Below are positions 1 through 13,788 of a stretch of DNA of 64,000 bases, piece by piece. Each line of letters begins with the position of its first letter. The first letter of the stretch is position 1. The stretch is from Utricularia gibba (taxonomy: Eukaryota; Plantae; Magnoliophyta), in assembly GCA_002189035.1 (NCBI GenBank), contig CM007992.1:3162001-3226000 (forward strand), written 5' to 3'. The translations under genes were made by a program, and so were the position numbers. Under the pieces are notes generated by a model. The model was not told the origin of the DNA, ran no database searches, and saw nothing but the letters and a program-made list of their open reading frames with translations.

Positions 1-109
1 ATCAGTGATAGTTCAATATTTCCCTAGATTATGTTAGTTGCTAACCATAGAGTATTCGAACAATAAGTGGCTTGCCAGAAAAACATACTGCAAGATAATA
101 ATGATGAAT

Positions 110-920
110 CTGGTGTTGTGTCCTTGGGATTACATTACAATTAGCATGGATGCCATGAACATGATGAAGCGCCTTGGAAAAGGTTTTCACTCATGTCTTC
201 CTCCCGCAAAGCATTTATCTAAAAAAAAAAAAGACCACCAGCACGTAAGCATCATATTGAAATGACTGGCAACGAGCTGATGGAAAAGGAAACAGTAAAA
301 AAATGAAAATTTGAGCGTCATACGCAGCACCTCATGATTAGAAAGCTGATAGTCCAGGAGAAATCATGAAACTATTCCTTGTCTCTCCGTGGTGGTTTCA
401 AGCCCTTGTTTGAGCCTCTCTGTGGTGCTGCTAATATCACCAGTGGTTGCGTTACATTCACCTAAAACTTTCGCAATCCTGCAATATAAATTTTTGAGGA
501 TGCAGTGTACTAATCATAATTGTAAGTAGTGCAAGCAAAAACAATAAATAGTTGATCCGATGTAATTAGAACGAATCCACTACATAACATTAGGCAAACC
601 AAGGGGAAAAAGATGCAGTTAAACAGAAGAGAACAGGGTGCATACATATCACAGCTTGCTACAAGAGCGTTAACCTCTTCCTCAAGGTTATCCAACGCCA
701 AAAAACCGATAAAAATTCCTAACCGTTACTCCACAACCTAATTTCAATTGCGAACCGCACCAAAATGCTTAGTCAATGCACCTGTAGTGCAGAAGAAGAC
801 GCATCGGGAATACCTCATTTACGGATTGACCACCTTTCTCGACAGGGATCGCAGATTGCGGCGAGCATCAACGTAGTTCTCCGATTAGAACGTCGAGAGC
901 GTACTGAGCGACGCTAGCAG
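110..920 (-). pseudogene. COG6: Decayed, intron-containing copy of COG6 (conserved oligomeric Golgi complex subunit 6), N-terminal part; may continue off the left edge
   Basis: Minus-strand segments read LLASLSTLSTF*SENYVDARRNLRS / LDNLEEEVNALVASCD / IAKVLGECNATTGDISSTTERLKQGLETTTERQGIVS*FLLDYQLSNHE / KALHHVHGIHANCNVIPRTQHQ. These are collinear with the plant COG6 N-terminus as I recall it. In-frame stops at 885-887 (TAA) and 364-366 (TGA), several 1-bp frameshifts, and no start exon. Confidence 0.85.
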
Positions 921-1296
921 AATTAGTCCACATTATTAAAAAAAAGAAAATAATATAAATATCTACCTTCATTTTTCAAGAGTGTGTGCAGTGTGCTGCA
1001 TTGACTACTCTCACTTTTTGTTAGAGAAATTTAACACAAATCAGAATTTATCATATATTTAATTCATATATATAAATTACTACATACCTTAGGATAAAAT
1101 TATATATCCTCGTATCTATGTCGCCCTTCTTAATTACGACAATCTTCATCATAAACTCAACATCATTTCCCACTCGTTCAAGTGAATCAGAAAGTTGTTT
1201 GGACCAATCACAAACGTCAATATTAAGAGCTTAACTACATACATACCATTCAAATATTTAAATTTCTATTGTTAACTATCAAACGTTATATATAAA

Positions 1297-1299
<3 letters not shown>

Positions 1300-1345
<46 letters not shown>
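1300..1345. repeat. (TA)n microsatellite
   Basis: Uninterrupted TA dinucleotide run. Confidence 0.95.
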
Positions 1346-1347
<2 letters not shown>

Positions 1348-1388
1348 AATTTGGTATATCATATTTAAATATATTAATGACCTACTAT

Positions 1389-1929
1389 TCAAGCTGGGCA
1401 CGGGTCCGACTCGACCCGCCGAGTAAAAAATGAAATGTCTGACTCGGTGGACACGGGTTGACGAGTTGGACAGCTTGACTCGTCCCAGGTCACGAGTTGA
1501 CACTACAATGATATGTTTACGGTGCCTGGAGAATATTGAAATCAGTATCTTCTAGACATTACAATTGCATGTTTGCGATACCTAGAGAATATTGAAGCAA
1601 CTGTCTTCCAAGCGCTACAATTATATGTTTGCGCAGTCTTAAGAACAATGAAGCTAATGTCTTCCAAGCACTATAATTGTATGTTTGCGATGACTGAAGA
1701 ACATTGAAGCCAATGTCTTCCAAATATTGTAATGGTATGTTTGCGATGCCTGAAAATATTGAAACTAGTGTTTTATAGAACTATTTTGGTTGACCCGCCG
1801 GGTCAACTTGTACCCATGCACAATCAACCCGTCCCGTACCCATTTTTGAAAATTACGGGTAACGGGTCGGACCCGTCACGAGTCAACCCACCGGATACAC
1901 GGGTCAACCCATATCTATACCCAGCTCTA
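1389..1929. mobile_element. Non-autonomous hAT-type DNA transposon (MITE-like), 541 bp
   Basis: 8-bp direct repeat CCTACTAT at 1381-1388 and 1930-1937. Termini TCAAGCTGGG and CCCAGCTCTA form an 8/10 inverted repeat. Many subterminal ACGGGT/ACCCG motifs at both ends. Confidence 0.85.
1507..1785 (+). repeat. Tandem array of five degenerate 56-bp units inside the hAT element
   Basis: Units start at 1507, 1563, 1619, 1675 and 1731. Consensus is about AATTGTATGTTTGCGATGCCTGAAGAATATTGAAGCNAATGTCTTCCAAGCACTAC. Confidence 0.9.
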
Positions 1930-2333
1930 CCTACTATTAAACGACTTGTAACCACTAAAGACCATACCTGGTTGTGGCATTTCATTGAACACCTATAAGA
2001 CAATGATGTTAAGATCCGAAGAAAGATCCCAAGATACAAACCTACAAAGATGAGTAAACCCCCACATCTCGCAAGATTGATTGTTCTGCCCAAAAAAAGT
2101 GTGAGTATGATGGGGTCTTATATTTATATTTAATAAATAATGCGTATTTTATTTAAATATATTATTCATTAAAGTATTGTACCCAAAAAATCCCAAATTA
2201 AATAAAATTAAATTATTTTTTATATTTATTGAAATTCTATTTTTTTGTATATATATAACCATAATGCGTACTCATAAGGTATTTTATTGTTGCAGATTAC
2301 AAAACTGGTTCAACAGCCATTGCAGATGTAGGT

Positions 2334-4399
2334 CTAGATGCATGTTTGATCGAGTACGGCAGTGGGCACCGAGGGAGTGCAGTTCCTCGGGGTATTATCC
2401 TCCATGATGATCTGAAGGGGGCTCCGATCGTAGTACCAGTCTCCGATCATCTTCTCGATGGTCTGCGATTCCACAGAAACCCCATATCAGCTCGAGCTTA
2501 AGCTTCAAGATTCAGATTCAGTTTACCATGCTTCCATAGATGAACTTGCATCTCCATCTATCCAGATAGGTGATGTGGCTGTGCATCACGCAGTTGTCGA
2601 TGAAGATTCCCCTGGAAGGGTTGGGACTCAGGTTCCGGATGGCGTTTTTGAGTTCCGTCCCGAAAGCTGCAGAACGATTCAGGTGAGTGTAACTGGAGAA
2701 TTTAGGGTTTTCAGAAGAGGAGTTTAGTTTAGAGAGTTGCGGGAGCACCCTTTATGTCATTGATTTGGGAAGGAGTGCAGTGGGTCAGATCGACGGTGGC
2801 GCAGTCGGTCCAGTTCGACGATGGGTCGACGTACGGTCCATACCTGTTTGTAATCTGCAAACAGCAACACCATGAGCAGTAAAAGTTGCAGGCCATTGGA
2901 CTGGGAATGGGAAGGAGAAAGAGAATACCGCGAAGGAATCGAACGCCGATTCCACGATAAATAGCGGGGTTTGAACGTACTCGACCAGGTTTTCCGGGAA
3001 CAGGCACTGGTAGACATTGATTTGGGTGAGTTCGATTTACAATTGTTTTGGTAAGAAAATGCTACAGACCAGGGAGGGATCCATGATGGAGGTGCATGCT
3101 TTTGGTAAGGATTTCATCATTCCCTACGGACACGAAAAGAACTGCTCAGGACAAGAAAACAGTTACAACGTGGAGGTTTAGAGCAAGAAACTTACGTGTG
3201 TATTGATCACTCTTGCGTAGAAATCCTTCCTCTCCTGTGCTCCGGCGAGATTCTTGCTGAGATTACAGAGAGATTGATAAAATTATAATGCGATGTCTGT
3301 AAGTTAAGTAGATGGGCCAGGTTATCTTCACCCGTAGATAAAGAATCCAGCATCGGCGATGCATTTCACTCTATTGGCGTTAGGGAGGCGGCCCCGGAAG
3401 CCGTCGCAGTGCAGGATGGTCGTTAGGGCACCGGCCGATCCACCGGAAAGTATAGCCTGCATAATATTGGCCTCTTCTTAGAGCATGCTGCAAAAAACTA
3501 CCACCTTGTTCAGTATCAACTGACTACCTCTTTGGCGTTGTTCATTCCCTTCTCCATCATCTGATCCACTAGTAAATCGAAGATTCGTAAGCCTCTGTAC
3601 ATCACCTTCTTCACCTGATTTCTGATCAGGTTAGTAACTGAAAAGAGCTCATCTTTCTGCCCGGAAAAAGAATGTGTTCTTACAGGATCGACTTCTTCGA
3701 CATCTCCCAAGAACGAGCCGCCATCGCAGTAATGAAAGACCACTTTGTTCCAACCATAGAAATCTACAACCAGCCGAAGAGTTTTAATTTTTACAATGAA
3801 TCAAACACTAGAATTGGATTCAAAAATCTATGTTACCTGGATTATACAATGGGTTGTGATCCAGAAAATTTGCCATGAAGCTTCTGTTAACAAACCGAGA
3901 GCTCCCCAATCCGTTCGCATACGTTTGTCTGGCAAGACAATCATCTGGGGTGTCGCACCACGCGCCGCCCTAACCAAACCGCATACCCAATAAGACTCCC
4001 GATACATATTCGTCATCTCAGGTTAAAAACACCATAGATGAAGAAGGATGCAGCTTGATATCTGAATCAGAAAAAAAGGGGTGTAGTCCAACCTCGATGT
4101 AGATGATCCATTTGTCGATTCCGGTTCCATTTCCGGGTTGAAAAGCGTAGGCTGGGGGAGAACCATCCAAGCAAACTGTACGATTCGCAAACCAGGTGAA
4201 TACTGGTTGGAGTTCTTAAAACCAAATGCAGGAAACAAACCAGGGGGCTCCCACCTGCTCCTTTCGATTCTGCGACGGCGGAGTCGACGACCGTGAAGTT
4301 AAAAAACCCCTTGGCGTGTGCGCCGGCAGTTAGACACAGGAATGAGCATAGAAGAAGGGTGAAGGAGCCAGGGTTTGCCGTGATCCTGAGAAGCTCCAT
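2334..4399 (-). CDS. PAE: Pectin acetylesterase (Notum/PAE family), about 12 exons, with a signal peptide
   Basis: Joined exons give [37 protein letters not shown] (catalytic Ser motif), [17 protein letters not shown] and IGDWYYDR. Junctions are GT-AG and in phase; stop TAG at 2334-2336. Confidence 0.92.
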
Positions 4400-6434
4400 A
4401 TCCTCTTCTGTAAAAACACAGACAAAGGATCATCAATTCCAGCAGCCTGTCGCATTACTGTACAAAAAGGAGATGATACCTCAAAACCAGGCGTGTACAA
4501 GTGAACGAGATTCTCTATGGAAGATGGTGGATGGATGTGGTGTCTTGACGTCGGTATTTATGGGCGTGCCTGGCCGACGACAACCAACCGTTTCAAGAAG
4601 GGTTGATTCTACACCATGTCTTTTGTATCTATTTTTGGAGGTTTTCTCCCAAGAAAAGCAACTTATACTTCAAGAAAAAAAATTCAATTTTCAAGAAATA
4701 GAACCTTAATTTTAAAAATGTTGAACCTATGGGTGTATTTCATTATTCGATTTAAATATACTGGAAAATGCTTTAATAAGAATATTAGATGGGATGTTGA
4801 TATGTGAATCTGATAAAATATGTTCGGTTGATTAATGATGGGAAATGTTTTATTTATACGAAAAAATAAATATGTTCATATTATTTTTAAATATAAATAA
4901 AAAAAGAAATTAAAGATAAACATGTAAAATAAGAATGTAAAATTTATCCATATTTTGATATATTCATTAATGAAAGGATTTAAGGTGGTAGCTTCCTATC
5001 TTGAAGTCTTAACTTTGAGATTTTGAAACTCGAAATGTTATTCTTCCAACTAGGATTCTGGGAATAGTTGAAGATGATTTTTGTAAAAAAACTGTCATCT
5101 TGATTTGTATGTATATATTCCTATTTACAAAAACTATATAACAGTTATATGTCCCTTGTGTGTCTGAAATTGTGAACTTTGGAATTATCTTGATTGTAGA
5201 CAAGAATTCTGTTCTATCTTTTTTTATAGTAATTTTTTTTCAAGTCTAATCCATATTTAAATGATTCATGTTTGATATTTCAAATTGAGTTCCTCTTATT
5301 CATTCCACATTTTTTCTTTAGGTTTTTCCTTCTTCAATTCCCAACAATTAACATTTTCCGTCTAATACTATCTACCAAACACACCCTATATCATATCCAG
5401 TTTCAATACTTTCGTGATGCATTCCAAAGATAAAAGAAAACATCAATGGTATGACATAAACATGAACAAATGTTCCAAAGTCATACTTTGGATCTTGGCT
5501 ACAGCTAAAGTTTTCATGTTGTTGACAGTTGAGAATTCCGTTGGTGGACAGTTACGAAGAGGGTCAGAATGGAATGCCCCCACATCATTTAGGACTTTAC
5601 GAGTAATTTAGAAGTTTGGCATAGCAAGGATTTGGAATCAATGATGCTATTTCTATTTTTATACTAAAATTTTAATTATAAATTTGTATAGTACATTTAG
5701 TAAATTTTTTTATGACACCACTCATGTGCATGTGGCTTCGTTTCTTGTTGTGAGACAAAATGGAGAAATTGCACGAATAGTTTCTATTGTTTACCTAAAT
5801 AATATAATTAGTCTTTATAAAGAGTGTTTTTATTCCTACTGTTTGAAAATCATTTATAATTGATCCTTAGCAAAAAACAGTCCCGAGTATTTGTACAAAT
5901 GACACATATAAAATTAGTTATTTCTTATTTTATTTTTGTTTTAATAAATGAGAAAAAAATAGAAATGATCGATGTTATGAATGACTATTTTTTGTACCTT
6001 GATGCTTATTACCAAAATAACCTCAATTATCATTTTGATATGATTATTTTTTAATACAAGGTCCCCTTGGGGGACAACTGTCACCCAACCTCAAAATATA
6101 TGTAAACATTCGTTGACATAAAAATTATTTATTATTTTAATTTAGAAAAGATAATGTAAAAAAAATAATTTTCTACGTGATATGTTATGAATAAAATTAG
6201 ATAAAGTATTGTTGTAAATTTCATTATTTATGTTTTAAATTCATTTAATTTATCAAGGAACGGGGAATAAAATAACATGAATCGTTATTATTGACAATTA
6301 TTTAAATGTTGGGGAAAATAGATAATTCATTAATTTGTGGTATTTCCAAAGAGCCCCCGAAAGTTTTTCTTCTTTGCACACCAAGTCCATGATTAAAGGC
6401 ATCCGCTTCTCTCGCGTTGGAGGATTTTCTGAAG

Positions 6435-8611
6435 ATGGAGGAGAAAGAGGAGCAAGTCGTGACGCCGTGGGAAGTGGCGGCTGAAAAAGGGGGTAAGATC
6501 GACTACGACAAGCTCATAGAGAAGTTTGGATGCCAGCGTCTCGATAAGGCGGTAATCGATCGCGTCGCTCATCTCACGGGCCGCCCTCCCCATGTCTTCC
6601 TCCGCCGTGGCGTCTTCTTTGCCCATCGGGATTTTAACGACATTCTTGATGCGTACGAGAGGGGTGAAAGATTTTATCTTTACACCGGCCGTGGTCCTTC
6701 TTCTGAAGCGTTGCACCTGGGTCATCTCGTGCCATTCATGTTTACCAAGTACCTGCTCTTGCAGCAAAACTACTTATGTTCTTTGATATGGTTTTGAGGC
6801 GTCTAGGGTTTTATGTCTTTTGGGAGAGTATGGGCTCTCTTCTTCATAAAAATTAAAGGGTTTTGCTATGGTTTTAGATACCTGCAAGATGCATTCAAGG
6901 TGCCACTGGTGATACAACTTACAGATGATGAAAAATGTATGTGGAAGAATTTGACTGTAGAGGAAAGCCAGAGGCTTGCTCGGGAAAATGCTAAAGATAT
7001 TATCGCCTGTGGGTTCGACATCTCAAGGACATTCATATTCTCTGACTTCGATTACGTGGGAGGGTGTGTGATTTTCCCTTAACCCGTGTCAGTTTTCTGC
7101 CATTAATTTTACTCTACCTCGTCCTTAAAGCTGTGACTTGGTATATTTGTTCTCAGTACCTTGTGCTATTTGTTTATCTCTGTTTCTTATTTGCAGTTCC
7201 TTCTATAAGAACATGGTGAAGATCGCAAAGTGTGTTACATACAACAAGGTGACTGATGATATGAGCTTTTCTATGCTGAATTCTTCATTTTAATATGGTG
7301 GGTTTTCAATTTTAAAATTTGTGTCATTGAGTCACCAGGTGGTGGGAATTTTTGGTTTTACTGGCGAGGATCACATTGGAAAAGTGAGCTTTCCACCTGT
7401 TCAGGTATTGGCCAAGTGTTTCGAAGCTCTGATATCTGCTTTGTGACGAGTTGTCATCCTTCATTGGTTTTCTTTTTTAATAGGACGACTTGTACTTGTA
7501 TAAACTCTTGTTCATGTGAAACTGATTCCTTTCAGGCTGCTCCGTCCTTTCCAAGTTCATTCCCTCACCTCTTCTCCGGCAAAGATAATCCACGTTGCTT
7601 GATTCCTTGTGCAATCGATCAGGTACCTTCTTATCCTGTTGAAAAACATGTTTTTCTTGATTATCTATCAACATGTCATGTACTTTTGCAGGATCCTTAC
7701 TTCCGAATGACGCGTGATGTTGCTCCTCGACTAGGATACCACAAGCCAGCCTTGATTGAGTCATCATTCTTCCCAGCTCTTCAGGTTTCTTGCAGCTAAT
7801 AAAAATCAAACCTTTAAATGAAGAGCTCGTTTATTAGAATATTTGTAATCAGTCTATGTTTTCCAAGTTCAGGGTGAGACAGGAAAAATGTCCGCCAGTG
7901 ACCCAAATTCTGCAATATATGTCACTGACTCTGAAAAGGACATAAAAAACAAGGTTATTTTCCTAATCCATGAGCTTTCTACACTTTCTGAAAACAATGT
8001 ATGATTCCTGCTACCCAATACGATGCAGATAAACCGATATGCATTTTCAGGCGGGCAAGATTCCATAGAGAATCACAGAAAATATGGTGCAAACCTTGAG
8101 GTAATGCATCGAGCTGATATTACAGTCCCTTTCTCTGTCTTCCATGTGATCAAGATGAAGGTGAACTTCTCTTACGTGGATCTCTAATTCCTCTTTGTTC
8201 GTATTGTTCCAAAATATCCAGGTAGACATACCAATCAAATATCTCAGTTTCTTCTTGGAGGATGACGCAGAACTGGAGCATATCAGAACAGTGAGTTCTT
8301 TGTTCAATGTTTTCATTTTCCCCTAAGAGTGAGATTCTGTAAGACCATATTTCACCATCAAACAGGAATATGGTGCGGGCCGAATGCTGACAGGCGAAGT
8401 GAAGAAGCGCCTCATCGAAGTACTATCTGAACTTGTCAAAAGACATCGTACTGCAAGAGCGGCTGTCACTGAAGAGGTAAACACAATCAACCCCTTTGAC
8501 ACTGGAAATGCACATGTTTGAATGATGGATGGGGCTGTTAAAATAGTTTGTGAAATGCAGATGGTTGATGCGTTTATGGCAGTGAGGCCACTTCCCAATA
8601 TGTTCGGTTGA
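6435..8611 (+). CDS. TrpRS: Tryptophanyl-tRNA synthetase, cytosolic, multi-exon
   Basis: [32 protein letters not shown] (HIGH motif), KMSASDPNS (KMSKS motif), [14 protein letters not shown] at 6435 (the ORF track's 6417 start is TTG); TGA at 8609-8611. Confidence 0.95.
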
Positions 8612-9237
8612 AGCAGCACCTAATCATCATCAAGATTCACCTGAAACACTTCTTTGATTACCAGAACGCCTTTCCATTGATGATACTAGATTTATGGTTT
8701 CTGCTAGGAGCATACATTTTTGTCATTTGTGAAAACATGGATATTGGAGAAGCCTATTTATGTTTTCTTAGTTGGCCTCTTCTTCCTCATTGCTAGAGTG
8801 GTATTCAACGTCCTCTGTACCGATGAGGTTGGCCCAGATCATGAAGGATAGAATAAGGGGAGGCAAATGGGGTAGCTGTGAAAAAGAAAAAAAATGAAAA
8901 ATGCGGCTATAGAGGAACAGGACTCGAGGAGTATTTCCTTTTCTGGCTCGAATTTTAGAGATGATTAGGCATACCACATTGGGCGATTTGAATGACTCTG
9001 GTCCGCATGTTTTTTCCCCTTAAACGGATGATGATCGTCATTGCGTGAAGAAAGTTAAGTTCAAGTTGGTGTAGAATAGTGACTCATAGCAAATGATCCC
9101 TTCTCCTCCATTTTCTCTCGATTCAACTGCTCTGCAACAAAACCCACTTTTCTTTGGAAGTAATGTTTAGATAGTCTTTTTGCCATTTTTTTTCTCTCTT
9201 GCTTCAAGCTCGTCTTGTGTGCAACTAGCAGCTAATC

Positions 9238-12200
9238 ATGGAGTTGGTTTGTGCTGGTTGTGTGTACATTTCTGCGTCCTCATCGTCGCTCCGGCCGGTG
9301 GAGACTAATCGGAGGTATCCTTTTGGGAATAAAGTCCGATGGCGGCCGTTGAGAACAACACATGCCTTGAAAACCGATTCGTTATTGTCAGTTAGTGCTA
9401 ACACCGCGTTGGAGCAGCTGGAAATTGAACGCGGCGTTTGTGTTCCGTTCAGAAAGTATTCCCCTGAAATGGTATGCTTTTCATTCCAATTTGAGGGAAT
9501 CACTTTCCCTTTCTTAAATTTTGAATCTTTGATGTGGGTATCAGTGATTGGAATATCTGTTCTGATGTCGTTTCCTATCAGTTGAAAAGTGGGGTGTTTC
9601 CATTCTTTTTGGATTGCTGTAAGCATATGTTTTGTGCAGGTGAGAAATAAGGTGCTGGGATCAAGAGATTCAGTATTGTCATTGCTGTATAGGGGAGTGG
9701 AAATTGTTTGGAATTTGGGCTTCTATTGGTGTACACTGACTTATGATTATTTCGTTGGCCGTGACGAAGAAGTTGTTCCTTTTCGAGCTCGCCAACTGCG
9801 AAATCTCTTATGTGATTTGGGCCCTTCTTTCATCAAGGCTGGGCAGGTTTACTCTCTGAATTCTGTGAACAAAGTTCATTTGGATGAGCAATTTCATACC
9901 TTCTTTGAGATATCTTATTGCTGCAGATTGATCTCTCAAACTTTGCAGTTCTTATGCTTGTTTAACCAACCCTTGGTTTAATTTCATTTTTTCTAAAGGT
10001 GCTTGCAAATAGGCCCGATATTATAAGAGAAGATTACATGAATGAACTTTGCATCTTGCAAGATGATGTTCCTCCCTTTCCAAATCAGGTATCAATTTGT
10101 CAAAGATATCATATTCTGTTCATGTGTGAAAATTAATCGAGCATCCTTTCACTGAAGTTGTGTAGGTAGCTTTTAAAATTATAGAAGAAGAATTAGGCCA
10201 ACCTTTAGAGGCTATTTTTAGTAGAATTTCATCAGAGACAATTGCTGCTGCAAGCTTGGGCCAAGTTTATCGGGCTACGCTACTGTCTTCTGGAGAGGAT
10301 GTTGCAATAAAGGTTCCATATATGTGTTTTTTTCCTTCTGGGGCAAAGCAATGTTTTCATATTAAAAGCAATTATTTTGATTACAGTGCCTAGTTTCTTG
10401 ATGATAGGAAAAATCTGTCTGCTATGGATCTCAAGAAAAGTTGCTGTAATTCCCTTGTCCGCTTATTCATGATCACATGCTCATTTCCTTAAAAATCCAT
10501 AACTTGTCATTGAAGTCTTCCCCTTAGTAGTGATGTTTAGACTGCATTTCTTAGCATTTTGAAAATGCTACTTCTGAATTGTGCATGAAGTCAGATCTTA
10601 TTATGATATTGCTTTCTTGCAGGTGCAAAGGCCTGGAATAGAGCCTATTATATATAGAGATCTCTTTCTTTTCCGGACTCTAGCATCATTCTTGAACGGT
10701 ATCAGCCTTCAAAAACTAGGCTGCAATGCAGAGCTTATAGTTGATGAATTTGGTGAAAAGCTTTTGGAGGAGCTGGATTACACCTTGGTATTTGCTCCCA
10801 TCTTTTTCTATTTCAACATCCTTAATATGAAAGTGGAACATCAGCTGTTCAGTTTTTTGTTTCCAGGAAGCCCGCAATATAGAAGATTTCCTTGAGAACT
10901 TCAAGGATGATCCAACAGTGAAAATTCCTCGAGTCTATAAACAGCTATGCGGTCCTCGTGTGTTAGTAATGGAGTGGATTGATGGGATTCGATGCACAGA
11001 TCCTCAGGTACCAGCTCCCATGGTCTCTTAGAAAGTAAGCAGTTAGGACATAGCTGAGAGACATCCTGGTATATTTGCAGGCCATAAGAAATGCAGGAAT
11101 CGACATAGATGGATTCCTGACAGTTGGTGTAAGTGCTGCACTCAGACAACTGCTAGAGTTTGGCTTATTTCATGGTGATCCACATCCTGGGAATATATTT
11201 GCCATGCGAGATGGTCGCATTGCATATGTGGACTTCGGAAACGTTGCGGTCCTTAGTCAGGTTTTCGCAAATCACATGAAGCATCAGCAGCTGATAACTT
11301 GACTGCACTCCCCCTTGGAAACACTTTGTAATTTTCTTGTTTTTGTTATGCAGCTGAACAAACAAATACTCATAGATGCCGTTGTTCATGCTGTGAATGA
11401 AGACTATGCTGAGATGGCCAATGATTTCACTAGACTTGGTTTTCTAACATGTGGTACTGATGTTTCCCCCATCATTCCTGCTCTTGAAGCAATTTGGCAG
11501 AACTCTGTTGGAAAGGGGCTTTCAGACTTCAATTTCAGAAGTGTTACTGGTAAAAAAAGCTAGAACTTCCTTAGTTTTGCATAAAGGTTACAGTGTTTGG
11601 GCTGATGCGCCTCATTCTGGTGCAGGGAAATTCAATCAGCTAGTCTACAACTTCCCCATCCGCATACCAGAGAGATTCTCCCTGGTTATTCGCTCCCTGC
11701 TGACTCAAGAAGGCATCTGCTTCACCTTGAAGCCTGATTTCAAGTTTCTTGAGGTGATCTGCTTGATACCATGCATCATTTCCCTGATTATCCATTTCAC
11801 ATATGTGATCTGGTTTGATCCTCCTTGCCTTCTTCATCACCTGATCAGGTTGCTTACCCCTATGTGGCCAAACGGCTCCTCACAGATCCTAATCCGGCTC
11901 TGCGCGAGCGCCTCATTCAAGTATCTCGCCACCCTTCTTCCCCTGTCTCCATTTCACATACCTCCTGCTCCTTGCTTTAAACTGTGCTGATCTCCAGGTT
12001 CTATTCAAAGATGGAGTTTTCCAGTGGAAGCGCCTCGAAAACTTGATCGTTCTTGCCAAGGAAAATGTAGCAAAAATGAGCAGCAACCCCGCACTGCAAG
12101 GACAGAACACGTCTGCCTCTTGTTTCCTTACAGCAGCACCCCATTCAGAAGCTCACAACTAACCCCAGCCCTTTTTCTGCAATGCCAGGAACGGCTCCAA

Positions 12201-12636
12201 GGTGCAGCGCGTGCAGAGGAAACTGGACCTCACCGATACGATCAAGGACGGAGCCCGTCTCGTCCTCATCGACGAAGGCATCCGTAGGCAGCTTCTCCTG
12301 GCTCTCACCGAAGACTCCAAGCTTCACATCCAAGAGGTACGTTGCAGAGCTCCATAACCAGTCCATTCATCTTCCCCCTCCTCCTCCTACATGAACCGCA
12401 AGCGCTTCCTTCGCCTTCCAGCTTGTAGATGTGTACAGACTGCTGGAAGACCAGATAGACGTTCCTTCTGCAGCCCTGCAAATGGCACAAGGTAACACAA
12501 GATGCTTGCTGCTTGCTGCCTTCTCTGGTATCATCAACTTGATGCATCTCTCTGTGTGCTTCTTCTGGTCGCAGATCTTCCCTCTGTTGCAAGAGATGTC
12601 ATGCTGTCTTGGACTTCGTCTGTGTTGTCTGACTGA
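9238..12636 (+). CDS. ABC1K1: ABC1/AarF atypical kinase, plastid ABC1K1 (PGR6)-type, multi-exon
   Basis: ALEQLEIERGVCVPFRKYSPE, LGPSFIKAGQVLANRPD, AAASLGQVY, VAIKVQRP, FHGDPHPGN, YVDFG, and C-terminal KLDLTDTIKDGAR...DLPSVARDVMLSWTSSVLSD*. Junctions are in phase. Confidence 0.93.
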
Positions 12637-13788
12637 AAGAAATGCTGCCCTTTTTTCTGATGTCCTCATGATCTAATGGATTCAACTTGTATATATATAT
12701 ATATACACACATATATAGTTATCCTGAAATTTTGGGTGTTGTTTTTTTTTTTTATACGAAACACAATATTTTTGAAATTAAAACTTTGATTTTTGGACAG
12801 AATGAGAGATAGTTTGGGTCAAAAGGAATTGAATTAAAATGTAATTCGTTGTTATAGCTAATGGAAAACGTTTTTATATTTTTTGAATGTATAATTCAAA
12901 ACTTGTTGTTGACAGCATTTCATGTTGCGAAAAGTTTTATCTTCGATATTTTTGGAAGAATAATCTTGGATGATGCATTATAATTATTCATGTTGATATT
13001 GTATTTTATGATAAAGTGATAAATGGATCATGAATATATTCGTAGTTTGTTGTTGTAATTTATTTGATTATTAAGGGATTTAATGGATATGAATTCACCT
13101 CCAATGAAATTAGTTTATAAAATATTTGATTCATAAAATGTTTTTATTTTTATTTGGTATTATATGTAAATTAAATGAATTTACAGGAAAAATAAAGAAA
13201 TATTTGTGGAAACAAGAATGTGATTTTTAGAAGCTATTATGTTGACAAACATTATTTATTATAATTTATAAATAAAAATAATTTTATAATTACATTTATA
13301 GAGATGTTTAGTTGTTATATAAGGTACTAAAAATGTGCGCCATTAGCATGATTAAACAGCTTTAAATGGGCGCCATGAGATTCATGTCCAATTAGGGACA
13401 AATCCGTTGTTACGAGGCCCAAAGTGAACTTAGGTACCATGTCGAAAGTAAAATCGCCCGGTGAATTTGCACGGCGGCGCGAGGATGGCGGTGTTATGCC
13501 TGTATTTGTAACCACGAGGGGGTATTAGGTATTGGCCCCGTGGATAAGCGGGTTATTTTCCTGATTGTGTCAAATTCTGGGCATATGGATTTTGTTTCTG
13601 ATTAGTTTGTGACCGGTATGGAGTTGTTGGAGCTCTGAAATTTGGTACTGGTATTCATGGTGGGCTTGCGCGGAATGGGGAGGATTACATTGCTGTGCGT
13701 AAGTTGAAATGGATGCCGCGAGCTCCATGAACTTCGAGGTGTTTTACTTGATTGGAAGGTGTTCGACGAATTGACTGACGCGGGGGAT

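Noticed and set aside
1507-1785. 56-bp repeats as a CRISPR-like array
   Set aside because: The units are contiguous with no unique spacers, there are no cas genes, the context is a plant genome, and the array sits inside a hAT element.
6061-6075. GTCCCC-TTG-GGGGAC hairpin as a Helitron 3' end
   Set aside because: No CTRR terminus at the expected distance and no matching 5' TC end identified.
13759-13788. ORF-track start of the PORR gene at 13759, and similar non-ATG starts such as 6417
   Set aside because: These are GTG/TTG starts; in-frame ATGs at 13789 and 6435 match the family N-termini.
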